In this document: positions 8,959 to 17,126 of the stretch, one piece after another
Numbering within the stretch: the first letter of the stretch is position 1
How the letters are laid out: each line of letters starts with the position of its first letter
NCBI GenBank assembly: GCA_041649135.1
Contig: JBAZNQ010000002.1
Location: 1-39,237 of the forward strand
DNA: 39,237 nucleotides
Origin: Patescibacteria group bacterium
GTDB lineage: Bacteria; Patescibacteriota; Kazan-3B-28
Direction: 5' to 3'
Made by a program: the position numbers and the translations under genes
Notes under the pieces: generated by a model
What the model was told of the DNA's origin: nothing
The model's input: the letters and a program-made list of their open reading frames with translations, nothing else
Databases searched by the model: none

Positions 8959-9501
8959 ATGGGAGCTAAAATTCCACAAGACGTTACTCGCGAAGATAAG
9001 CTGGTCGGCCCACTGACTCTGAAACAATTTCTCTACATTCTCGGCGCCGCCGGTATTGATTTTATTGTCTACCAATCCTACGCCTTGGGCTATCTTTACT
9101 TCCCCGAATTTCTCCTTCTTGCCGTCATTGTTACTCTCTTTTCTCTTGCCCTCGCTTTTATGAATGTGAACGGTCGCCCGTTCGGTGTTTTCTTGCTCAA
9201 TCTTTTACACTTTTCAACTACCGGCCACAACTTGGCGTGGTATAAAGAGCCGCGAGACGTAGTTGCCGCTATTAAAATCAAAGCTTCTGACCTCAAAGAT
9301 ACTAAAACCGAAATCCAAGAACGGCAATCAGGTAAACAAATCAAAATGCAGATCGAACAACTCGCCAGTGTCTTAGATACCGGTGGTACAATAGAACAGA
9401 ATAATACCTCTGTTACTGCTCCAATTAGCAACCTTAATGCTTCATCCGCTCCGACGATAGAAACCGAGGACGTCGAAGATGTTCTGGCAGACGTCGACTA
9501 A
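8959..9501 (+). CDS. prgI: PrgI family protein
   Basis: KIPQDVTREDKLVGPLTLKQF motif, two TM helices, GRPF motif, directly upstream of the VirB4 genes. Confidence 0.85.
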   Translation: MGAKIPQDVTREDKLVGPLTLKQFLYILGAAGIDFIVYQSYALGYLYFPEFLLLAVIVTLFSLALAFMNVNGRPFGVFLLNLLHFSTTGHNLAWYKEPRDVVAAIKIKASDLKDTKTEIQERQSGKQIKMQIEQLASVLDTGGTIEQNNTSVTAPISNLNASSAPTIETEDVEDVLADVD

Positions 9502-9560
9502 TTCTTCACCCTTTTCTCCCTTAATTCTTGATTCATTATTCATCATTCTTTTTTTCTCCT

Positions 9561-10241
9561 ATGTCCAACCGACCAAAACTTAAAAGCACTCAAAAACTTC
9601 TCCCCATCAAAGAGATCCGTGATGGGGTGATTACGCTTAAATCCGATGGCTATCGTACGATTTTGATGGTCAACGCTATTAACTTCAACCTCAAGTCCAC
9701 CGATGAACAGCAAGCCCTGTTAGAAAACTACCAAAATTTTCTTAATGGCTTAAGCTTCCCCATTCAAATTGTGATGCAGTCTCGTACCCTCGACCTCGAT
9801 GGCTACTTAACCGAACTCGGCACCGCCGCCACTGCCCAAACCAACGAGTTGCTCCGCACCCAAACCAACGAATACATCACCTTCGTTCGCGACTTGATCG
9901 GCGTCGCCAATATTATGAGCAAGACTTTCTATGTCGTTATTCCTTACGATGAATCGGCCGTGTCCGGCGGTGGTTTTCGTGGCCTGTTTGGCAAAAAGTC
10001 AGCCCCTACCTCCGGCCGAAAATTTGATGAGATCAAAGCCGAGTTGGATGAACGTACCGCATTAGTCAGCAACGGACTGGCTTCGTTAGGTTTAAACAAC
10101 GTTCAGCTCAATACTCAAGAGATGATCGAGCTGTTTTACACTACTTACAATCTTGATACTGCCCGTCGTCAAAAGCTCTTTTCTGTCAGTAATGTCGATG
10201 CCGCCATTATTCGTAATATCCATGATGCGGAGACCAAGTAA
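9561..10241 (+). CDS. VirB4/TraC N-terminal-like protein
   Basis: Contains INFNLKS..EQ..ENYQNFLNGLSFPIQIVMQSR, which resembles the VirB4/TraC N-terminal domain. The ATG at 9561 is preferred to the upstream TTG. The stop overlaps the next start (TAATG). Confidence 0.75.
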   Translation: MSNRPKLKSTQKLLPIKEIRDGVITLKSDGYRTILMVNAINFNLKSTDEQQALLENYQNFLNGLSFPIQIVMQSRTLDLDGYLTELGTAATAQTNELLRTQTNEYITFVRDLIGVANIMSKTFYVVIPYDESAVSGGGFRGLFGKKSAPTSGRKFDEIKAELDERTALVSNGLASLGLNNVQLNTQEMIELFYTTYNLDTARRQKLFSVSNVDAAIIRNIHDAETK

Positions 10242-12034
10242 TGAAACTCTTTGGTAAAAAGAAAACCCAGTCCACCGAAGAACAAGCCGCCAAAAAGGCG
10301 ATCGAAAATTTTGAATCCGGTCTAGTCTCTGTGCGCGATCTCATCGCCCCAGCCGCTATGGAGATCAAAAGCGACCGGCTAGTTCTCAACGGCAAGCTTG
10401 TCCGTAGCTTCTTTGTTTTAACCTACCCCCAATACGTCGAGACTAACTGGCTCTCTCCCCTCATCAATTACGACGTCAATTTAGATATTTCTATGCACAT
10501 CTACCCGATCGATAGTGCTAACATTATGCGCGTACTTCGTCGAAAGGTAGCCGAAATGGAATCTTCCTTGCGCATCAATGAAGAGAAGGGCGCCATCCGT
10601 GATCCCGAACTGGAAATTGCCTACCAAGACGCCGAGGAACTTCGTGATCGACTCCAACGTGGTGCTGAAAAGTTTTTTCACTATGCTCTCTATTTTACTA
10701 TCTACGCCAAAACCGAAGAGGAGTTTGACAAGATCACCGGCCATATCGAAACTGTGCTTGGTGGTCAGCTCATTTACACCAAACAAGCTCTCCTCCAAAT
10801 GGAACAAGCTTTTAATGCCTCCCTGCCAGTTGGATTAGACGAACTCAAAATCATCCGGAACATGACCACCTCCTCTCTCGCCACTACCTTCCCCTTCACT
10901 TCCGTCGACCTCACTACTGGACATGGTGTCCTCTACGGCATCAACCGCCATAACAATGGCCTGATCTTATTTGACCGATTCGAACTAGAGAACGCCAACA
11001 TGGTCGTCTTTGCCAAATCCGGTAGCGGCAAGTCTTATGCCGTCAAACTGGAGATCCTTCGGAGCATGATGTTCGGGACCGATGTCATCGTCATCGATCC
11101 GGAAAATGAATACCAGACCCTTGCCGAAGCCGTCGGAGGCAGCTATATCCCCATCTCTTTAAATAGTGATAAACGTATCAACCCATTCGATCTACCAAAT
11201 CTGGGCGACAATGCTGATGGTGAAAAAATTATCCGTGCTTCAGTCATTACTTTGATCGGTCTATTAAATCTCATGGTCGGGACGTTAAACCCCGAAGAAG
11301 AAGCCTTGATGGAAAAAGCCATCATGCAAACCTATGCCCTAAGAGACATCACCAGCGATACCAAAACCCACACCAAACCAGCCCCCACGATGCAGGATCT
11401 CCACAATGTTTTAACTAATATGACCGGAGCCGAAAGCCTCGCTCTGCGCTTAACCAAATACACTACTGGCACTTTCGCCGGCATCTTCAATCAGCCCACC
11501 AACTTTGAGCTCGACCGCGGGCTGATGGTCTTTTCCATCCGTGACCTCGAAGACGCTCTCCGTCCCATCGCCATGTATGTTGTTTTAAACTACATTTGGA
11601 ACAAGATCCGTTTCGACATCAAAAAGCGCATGCTCGTCATTGATGAAGCTTGGATTTTGATGCAGTACGAAGACTCTGCCAAATTCTTATATAGCATCGC
11701 CAAACGCGCCCGTAAGTACTACCTCGGGCTGACCACTATTACCCAAGATATCGAAGATTTCCTTGGTTCTAAATATGGCAAGGCTGTTGTCGCCAACTCC
11801 TCGCTTCAGTTGCTCTTCCGCCAATCTCCTGCCTCCATTGATATTGTGGCCGAGACTTTCAATCTTACTCAAGGCGAAAAATTCCTGCTCTTGGAATCCG
11901 AGGTTGGTGAAGGATTATTCTTCGCCGGTACTAACCACGCCGCTATCAAAGTGGTCGCTAGCTATATTGAAGACCAAATCGTGACTACCGATCCTAGCCA
12001 GCTAGCCGAATTACGTAAATTAACGGGGGGATAA
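10241..12034 (+). CDS. virB4: VirB4-like type IV secretion ATPase
   Basis: Walker A AKSGSGKS, VIDPENEY, INPFD, Walker B LVIDEAW, and RARKY...TITQD. 597 aa. Confidence 0.9.
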   Translation: MKLFGKKKTQSTEEQAAKKAIENFESGLVSVRDLIAPAAMEIKSDRLVLNGKLVRSFFVLTYPQYVETNWLSPLINYDVNLDISMHIYPIDSANIMRVLRRKVAEMESSLRINEEKGAIRDPELEIAYQDAEELRDRLQRGAEKFFHYALYFTIYAKTEEEFDKITGHIETVLGGQLIYTKQALLQMEQAFNASLPVGLDELKIIRNMTTSSLATTFPFTSVDLTTGHGVLYGINRHNNGLILFDRFELENANMVVFAKSGSGKSYAVKLEILRSMMFGTDVIVIDPENEYQTLAEAVGGSYIPISLNSDKRINPFDLPNLGDNADGEKIIRASVITLIGLLNLMVGTLNPEEEALMEKAIMQTYALRDITSDTKTHTKPAPTMQDLHNVLTNMTGAESLALRLTKYTTGTFAGIFNQPTNFELDRGLMVFSIRDLEDALRPIAMYVVLNYIWNKIRFDIKKRMLVIDEAWILMQYEDSAKFLYSIAKRARKYYLGLTTITQDIEDFLGSKYGKAVVANSSLQLLFRQSPASIDIVAETFNLTQGEKFLLLESEVGEGLFFAGTNHAAIKVVASYIEDQIVTTDPSQLAELRKLTGG

Positions 12035-12035
12035 A

Positions 12036-13337
12036 ATGCGTCTGCCGAGCGGTCTTATTATCGGCTTCGTTGGTGTCGTTGGCGTCGCCGCTGTGATTGC
12101 CGTTCTTACTGCTACCTTCCTGCGAGAGACCTCTGGCATTGATGAACGCTGGGGAGATAAAACTATGGTCGAGCGTCAACAAACCTTGCTCGACCCGATC
12201 GCTCAACTCGCCAGTAGCGCTAGCTACCAAGACAATGTTACTACCGGCACCAACCCTCGTCCTCATGGTGGTGACCATGACGGTGATGGGATCCCCGATG
12301 ACGACGAATCGGGCGATGGCTCTCCTACCGGCCCCGGCACCGATCCGACTAACCCCGACACCGATGGTGATGGGATTTTAGATGGCATCGAAAAACAACG
12401 CGGTACCAACCCGACTGACCCAACCGACGGCGGGCTTGGTCCGGTTCCGCCTACTGAACCCAACCCCACAACGCCGATCCTCATTGTCGATAACCTCTAC
12501 AAAGTAGTTCGCACTAACAGTGGCGCTTACAGTCACTTTGTTGAAACAACCGTCAACAATTCAGTTGAATTCAAGATCAATCTCGAAGTGGTGAACCAAG
12601 GTGGTTCCCATACCTTAATTATTCGTGACCAGTTACCTGCGGCTTTAAGTTTCAAAACTGGCAGTATGGTAATTAACGAAGCTCAACCTTCGTCCCTGAC
12701 CTATGATCAGCTGGTCAATCAGGAGCTTACCATTACTAAAATTGGTCGTACTACCGTTACACTATTCTTTTCTACCCAAGCCACCTCGGCTGGTGGATTT
12801 TCCAACTACGTTACCGCCTATGAAGCCGGCGCTCCCGGCGGTCTGTCTGACCGAGCTTACGTCAAAGTTGTCACACCCGACAATCCCAATTCCGATGGCG
12901 GAGACGAAGATCTCTGCACAATTTGTAATTTCTACAAACAGGGTCGCACCAGTGTTGATGCCCCGTGGAGCACTCACCTCACAGCCAATACTGGGCAAAC
13001 CATTGAATTCATTATCGTCGCCGAAACTTCCAACCGCACCGACTCCACTCAAAATATCTTCCTCCGCGACGATCTCCCCAAGGGTCTGACCTACATTTCT
13101 GGCAGCAGTCTGATCTTCCGCGACGGCTCTACTCGATCTGACCAACTTGATGATTCGTGGATTACCAACGGCCTCACCCTTCAAGCCAACCAACCAGTCA
13201 ATAAGTTCGAAATCCATTTTTCTGCTAAAGTAGAAGCAACAGCCCCCTTCACTCTAACCAATACTGCTACCGCCACCGACTGGAGCCCAACTCCAGTTAG
13301 CCGAATCGCCACAGTCGAAGTTCGGTCAAAATCCTAA
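12036..13337 (+). CDS. Surface protein with thrombospondin-3-like Ca-binding repeats and two DUF11-like Ig domains
   Basis: N-terminal TM or signal, DHDGDGIPDDDE and DTDGDGILDGIE repeats, and RDQLPAAL / RDDLPKGLTY DUF11 signatures. Confidence 0.75.
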   Translation: MRLPSGLIIGFVGVVGVAAVIAVLTATFLRETSGIDERWGDKTMVERQQTLLDPIAQLASSASYQDNVTTGTNPRPHGGDHDGDGIPDDDESGDGSPTGPGTDPTNPDTDGDGILDGIEKQRGTNPTDPTDGGLGPVPPTEPNPTTPILIVDNLYKVVRTNSGAYSHFVETTVNNSVEFKINLEVVNQGGSHTLIIRDQLPAALSFKTGSMVINEAQPSSLTYDQLVNQELTITKIGRTTVTLFFSTQATSAGGFSNYVTAYEAGAPGGLSDRAYVKVVTPDNPNSDGGDEDLCTICNFYKQGRTSVDAPWSTHLTANTGQTIEFIIVAETSNRTDSTQNIFLRDDLPKGLTYISGSSLIFRDGSTRSDQLDDSWITNGLTLQANQPVNKFEIHFSAKVEATAPFTLTNTATATDWSPTPVSRIATVEVRSKS

Positions 13338-13344
13338 CCTCTCG

Positions 13345-13557
13345 CATTCTCTCTTCTCTCTCTTTTCTCTCCTCTCTTCCCTCTTCTTTACTCTCTCTTC
13401 TCTCTTCTCTTCTCTCCTCTCCTCTCTCCTCTCTTCCCTCTTCTCTCTTTTCTTTTTTCTCTATTCTCTTTTCTCTTCTCTACTCTCTCTTCTCTACTCT
13501 CTCTTCTCTACTCTCTCTTCTCTACCCCTCTATTCTCTACTCTCTACTCTCTATTCT
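13345..13557 (+). repeat. G-free polypyrimidine tract (~213 bp)
   Basis: No G between 13345 and 13559. Includes CTCTCTCTTCTCTA x3 and CTCTACT/CTCTATT heptamers, and ends at the pilB ATG. Confidence 0.95.
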
Positions 13558-15216
13558 ATGTCACCAGAAAATTCCCAACCTCGCAAAACCGATCAAACTG
13601 ACCAGCCGCTGGATCAGTTTGTTACCAACCTCCAGCGCCAAAAAGAAGAAGAATACACTCGCAAGCGAGCGGCAGAATTAAATATGCAGTATCAAAATCT
13701 GACCGGCTTCCAACCCAACCCCGCCGCCGTTGGTTTAGTCCCCAAAGACTTGGCCAACTCCGCCAATATCTTTGCTTACGATAAAGACGGCACAAAAATT
13801 ATGCTTGCCATTAGCGATCCAGAAACTGCTCAAACCATCGACGCCTTAAAAAAGATCGCCACGATGGACGAGTACGAGTTCAGGCCAGTTTTGGTCTCGG
13901 AGTCCTCCATGAGATATTTACTCTCGGTTTACGATACCTTCTCTCCGGCCGAACTTAAAAGTCAGGATATTTCTGTCAGCCAAGCCGAGCAAGAAAAATA
14001 TTCTAAACTCACTAGCACCACCGCTCTCCAAACCGCTCTTCAGGATACCTCCGCTAGCCAAATGATGGAGCTGGTTTTCGCTGGCGCGACCGGGCTGAAT
14101 GCTTCTGACATCCACATTGAACCAACTCAAACCGAAGTCCGCTTGCGCTATCGGCTTGATGGTGTGTTGCAGGATGTCGCCACCCTCCCAGCCACCCAGC
14201 TCGATACCATTATTAATCGCATCAAGCTCACCGCCAAACTTAAATTGAATATTAAAGCCGCCGCCCAAGATGGCCGTTTTTCCATCACCACGGTTGGTGG
14301 AGTTTATGACATTCGTGTTTCTATTTTGCCTACCCAATACGGTGAGTCAGCCGTACTTCGACTTCTGCCACAGGAAGGTAAATTTGTCAGCCTCGACGAA
14401 ATCGGATTTTCCCCCGAAGTCAAACAATGGGTTGACGCCGCCATCCACGAACCCAACGGTTTGATCCTAAATACCGGTCCGACTGGTTCTGGTAAAACCA
14501 CTACCCTCTACGCCGTTTTAAATACTATCAACACACCAGAAACTAAGATCATTACTGTTGAAGACCCGATCGAATACCGGCTACAAGGCGTCACTCAAAC
14601 TCAAGTCAACGAAGAGGAAGGTTACGGCTTTGCCAACGCTCTTCGTTCCATCGTCCGTCAAGACCCTGACATTATTCTGGTCGGTGAAATTCGTGACAAC
14701 GAAACTGCCGAGATCGCTGTTAACGCCGCCCTGACTGGTCACTTGGTTTTGTCTACTCTCCATACCAATGATGCCGCAGGCAGCATCCCTCGCTTGATCG
14801 ATCTCGGCGCTCAACCAAAACTTTTTGCTGATGCCATGCGTCTGATTATCGCCCAGCGTTTGGTCCGCCGTCTGTGCCCCAAATGTAAACAAGCTTACAC
14901 TCCCTCCGCCGACGAACTAACTAAAATTAAAGCTATCTCTTCGGATGCTGCTCCCACCCAACTTTATCACTCCGGCAATTGTGACGATTGTAATGGTACT
15001 GGTTTCAAAGGCCGAATTGGTGTCTTTGAAGTTTTGCGCATTACACCAGAAATCAAAGCCAAGATCGTCGCCGATGCTTCGGCTTCCGAAATTCACCAAA
15101 TTGCCATCGAGCAGGGAATGATCACCCTCGCCCAAGACGGACTCGCTCGAGTCATTGACGGCACTACTACTCTCGAAGAGCTCTTCCGCGTTGTCGGCAC
15201 CGAGCACGACAACTAG
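13558..15216 (+). CDS. GspE/PilB family secretion or pilus assembly ATPase
   Basis: ASDIHIEP, Walker A GPTGSGKTT, TVEDPIEY, RQDPDIILVGEIRD, His-box TGHLVLSTLHTN, and CPKC...CDDC Zn site. Confidence 0.93.
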   Translation: MSPENSQPRKTDQTDQPLDQFVTNLQRQKEEEYTRKRAAELNMQYQNLTGFQPNPAAVGLVPKDLANSANIFAYDKDGTKIMLAISDPETAQTIDALKKIATMDEYEFRPVLVSESSMRYLLSVYDTFSPAELKSQDISVSQAEQEKYSKLTSTTALQTALQDTSASQMMELVFAGATGLNASDIHIEPTQTEVRLRYRLDGVLQDVATLPATQLDTIINRIKLTAKLKLNIKAAAQDGRFSITTVGGVYDIRVSILPTQYGESAVLRLLPQEGKFVSLDEIGFSPEVKQWVDAAIHEPNGLILNTGPTGSGKTTTLYAVLNTINTPETKIITVEDPIEYRLQGVTQTQVNEEEGYGFANALRSIVRQDPDIILVGEIRDNETAEIAVNAALTGHLVLSTLHTNDAAGSIPRLIDLGAQPKLFADAMRLIIAQRLVRRLCPKCKQAYTPSADELTKIKAISSDAAPTQLYHSGNCDDCNGTGFKGRIGVFEVLRITPEIKAKIVADASASEIHQIAIEQGMITLAQDGLARVIDGTTTLEELFRVVGTEHDN

Positions 15217-15229
15217 CCCCTCTTCTTTG

Positions 15230-15457
15230 GTCATTGCGAGAAGCACGCGACGAAGCAATCTTTTGTTCTTCGCGAAACCCTGCGTCGGTACGTCCACCGT
15301 AGCTTCTTGACCGTCGTAGCCTTGGCGAAGTCGGTTGACCAGAATCTTATAAATACTTTTTTCATCCCGCATCATTCCCGTCCGCCCAACTAGTCGAATA
15401 AACTCCAGCGGGAATCCATTTTCTACCCACCTTGTCATTCCCGCGTAGGCGGGAATC
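15230..15457. repeat. Cluster of GTCA-tagged palindromes plus a 30-bp palindromic element
   Basis: GTCATTGC..GCAATC (15230-15260), CTTGACCG..CGGT (15306-15335), ATCATTCCCG..CGGGAATC (15371-15416) and GTCATTCCCGCGTAGGCGGGAATC (15434-15457). Confidence 0.85.
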
Positions 15458-15573
15458 TATTTTCTAGCTATAATAAACCCAGAGGTGAAAAGAAGCGGAT
15501 ATCTTCCGTCCTTTTTGCTTACCCCCTCTATTCGTCGATTAGTCTATTTGTCTATAAGTCTACTAGTCCAACC

Positions 15574-16290
15574 TTGCCCAAACTTAAATACCTCTTTATT
15601 TCTATGATTTTCTTCGGCCTGATCATCGCCGAAGGAGTGCCTTTGTTGTCTAAGCTTGCCTCCCCCGCCCAGTCCGAACGCCTGCTGACTACTGAAGAGC
15701 AAAATATTATTATGTCGATTCTTCAAAAGCCAGACGAAATATCTGCCAACACTTTTACTGGCAAATTTCTTGATTTCAATATTCCCGCCGACCCCAGTCA
15801 AGTAAGCCGTGATGCTGTTCTTTCCTCCGGCCTGATCGGCAGTACTGCTCAACTTCGTCCTCTCGAACCACTTTCCAATACCGCCGACGGCACTATTGCT
15901 AATGACATTCTCGCCAGCCTCCTTCCGCCAGTCGGTAGCGATTTATATTACGCCTACCAAGACGGTGGCAAAGCGTGGTACGGAAAAGGCACCAACGTGC
16001 TGGTGATCTTACCCAATGAGTCTATCCGCAGTTTCGATAAAACCACCGGTCAGGAAAATGCTTGGCTACAAGATCGCCTCGCCTATCCCCCCATCAGCGA
16101 TACGTCAGCTTACGAAAATTATCAGAAAAATTACAACGCCGAAATTGTCGCCCAAACCACCCAGTGGGTCTTAATGGAATTCCCCTCCGGCGGTGTAGTT
16201 AAGGTTATGAAGCCACAATACACCACCCCCAATACCGGTGGTGGAACTATCTACGGTCTCCCCAACATCCTCCCCGGCTACGACAACTAG
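15574..16290 (+). CDS. Hypothetical secreted or membrane-anchored protein
   Basis: 238-aa ORF with an N-terminal hydrophobic segment and the same C-rich codon style as neighbouring genes. Confidence 0.7.
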   Translation: MPKLKYLFISMIFFGLIIAEGVPLLSKLASPAQSERLLTTEEQNIIMSILQKPDEISANTFTGKFLDFNIPADPSQVSRDAVLSSGLIGSTAQLRPLEPLSNTADGTIANDILASLLPPVGSDLYYAYQDGGKAWYGKGTNVLVILPNESIRSFDKTTGQENAWLQDRLAYPPISDTSAYENYQKNYNAEIVAQTTQWVLMEFPSGGVVKVMKPQYTTPNTGGGTIYGLPNILPGYDN

Positions 16291-16322
16291 AGAATAGAGA
16301 CAGCCACACCAGCCATCGCAGA

Positions 16323-16352
16323 TCCTCCGAAGCCTTGGCGAAGGAGGACAAG
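16323..16352. repeat. 30-bp palindromic mini-element
   Basis: TCCTCC-GAAGCCTTGGCGAA-GGAGGA-CAAG. A near-identical copy at 20890-20919 shares the upstream CATCGCAGA. Confidence 0.85.
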
Positions 16353-16411
16353 CTAATAGAGCAAAACCGCTAGTGATATACTAGAGGCATCTTTGCCAAT
16401 TGGAGAAAGTT

Positions 16412-16597
16412 ATGGCTAAGCCCGAAATCGACTGGGACGCGGTGATTCGAGCTATGGGAGAAGACGCCAAGGATCCTATCAAAAGGGCGGCTATTGAAGC
16501 TGGCCTCGCAGCAGGATTTGCTGACGTCGAAGAAGTTAGCCGGAGAATCGCAGGTCTAAAGGACATCACGCCCGAGGTCCTCAACCAAATAACTTGA
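16412..16597 (+). CDS. Small hypothetical protein (61 aa)
   Basis: ATG preceded by GGAGA, helical amphipathic composition, followed by a terminator hairpin. Confidence 0.5.
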   Translation: MAKPEIDWDAVIRAMGEDAKDPIKRAAIEAGLAAGFADVEEVSRRIAGLKDITPEVLNQIT

Positions 16598-16633
16598 CCA
16601 CCAGGCTGTAACCACGGTCGTGGGTAGCACATT

Positions 16634-16668
16634 AAAACTTTCTCGTTCATCGAGAAAGTTTTTATTTC
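16634..16668 (+). terminator. Intrinsic terminator
   Basis: Perfect 12-bp stem AAAACTTTCTCG-ttcat-CGAGAAAGTTTT followed by TATTT. Confidence 0.7.
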
Positions 16669-16754
16669 ACCCACCCCCACCCTAATTCGACCATTCAACA
16701 AAGAAACATTCCTTAGCCATTAAATGAACGGCCGTTCAATATTCGGCGCCTCTC

Positions 16755-16960
16755 CTCCGCCATTGGAGGAGAGTCGTTCTGAATTGAGCTAAATTGACGC
16801 AGGCGAAGGCGTTGTCTGACGAGCCCTTAGGGCGAGGAGTTCGCCGAGAGCGAAGAAAGTCAATTTAGCCAATGAATAGACTCGACGACTGGCGGGCGAC
16901 TTTGGTTACTTTCCTCAAGTCGGAAAGTAACCATCCGGTTAAGCGGTGATGAGACCGCTT
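16755..16960. repeat. ~210-bp structured dispersed repeat, copy 1
   Basis: Blocks CTCCGCCATTGGAG, CGAAGGCGTTGT, GAGGAGTTCGCCGA, CTGGCGGGCG and GGTTACTTTCC..GGAAAGTAACC occur in the same order at 24399-24620. Confidence 0.85.
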
Positions 16961-16981
16961 AGAACAATAAACATAAAAATG

Positions 16982-17094
16982 GATTCCCGCCTTCGCGGGA
17001 ATGACAGGTTAAAGATTCTGAGCAAGGAACGTCTGACGTTCTAAGCCAGAATGACGGGGAAAGATTGCTTCGTCACTACGCTCCTCGCAATGAC
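16982..17094 (-). repeat. Three tandem GTCA-tagged palindromes of different subtypes
   Basis: GATTCCC..GGGAATGAC (16982-17005), GATTCTG..CAGAATGAC (17014-17055) and GATTGC..GCAATGAC (17063-17094). Confidence 0.85.
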
Positions 17095-17126
17095 AAAGAA
17101 CAAACAAAAGCCATCCACAAGACGAT

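Noticed and set aside
1336-16290. Integrative conjugative element anchored at the tRNA cluster
   Set aside because: The tRNA-Arg duplication encloses only 58 bp. There is no integrase, relaxase or distal att copy, and composition matches the host.
16725-16738. Perfect palindrome TGAACGGCCGTTCA, TetR-operator-like
   Set aside because: Single occurrence with no regulator gene or clear promoter nearby, in a palindrome-rich region.
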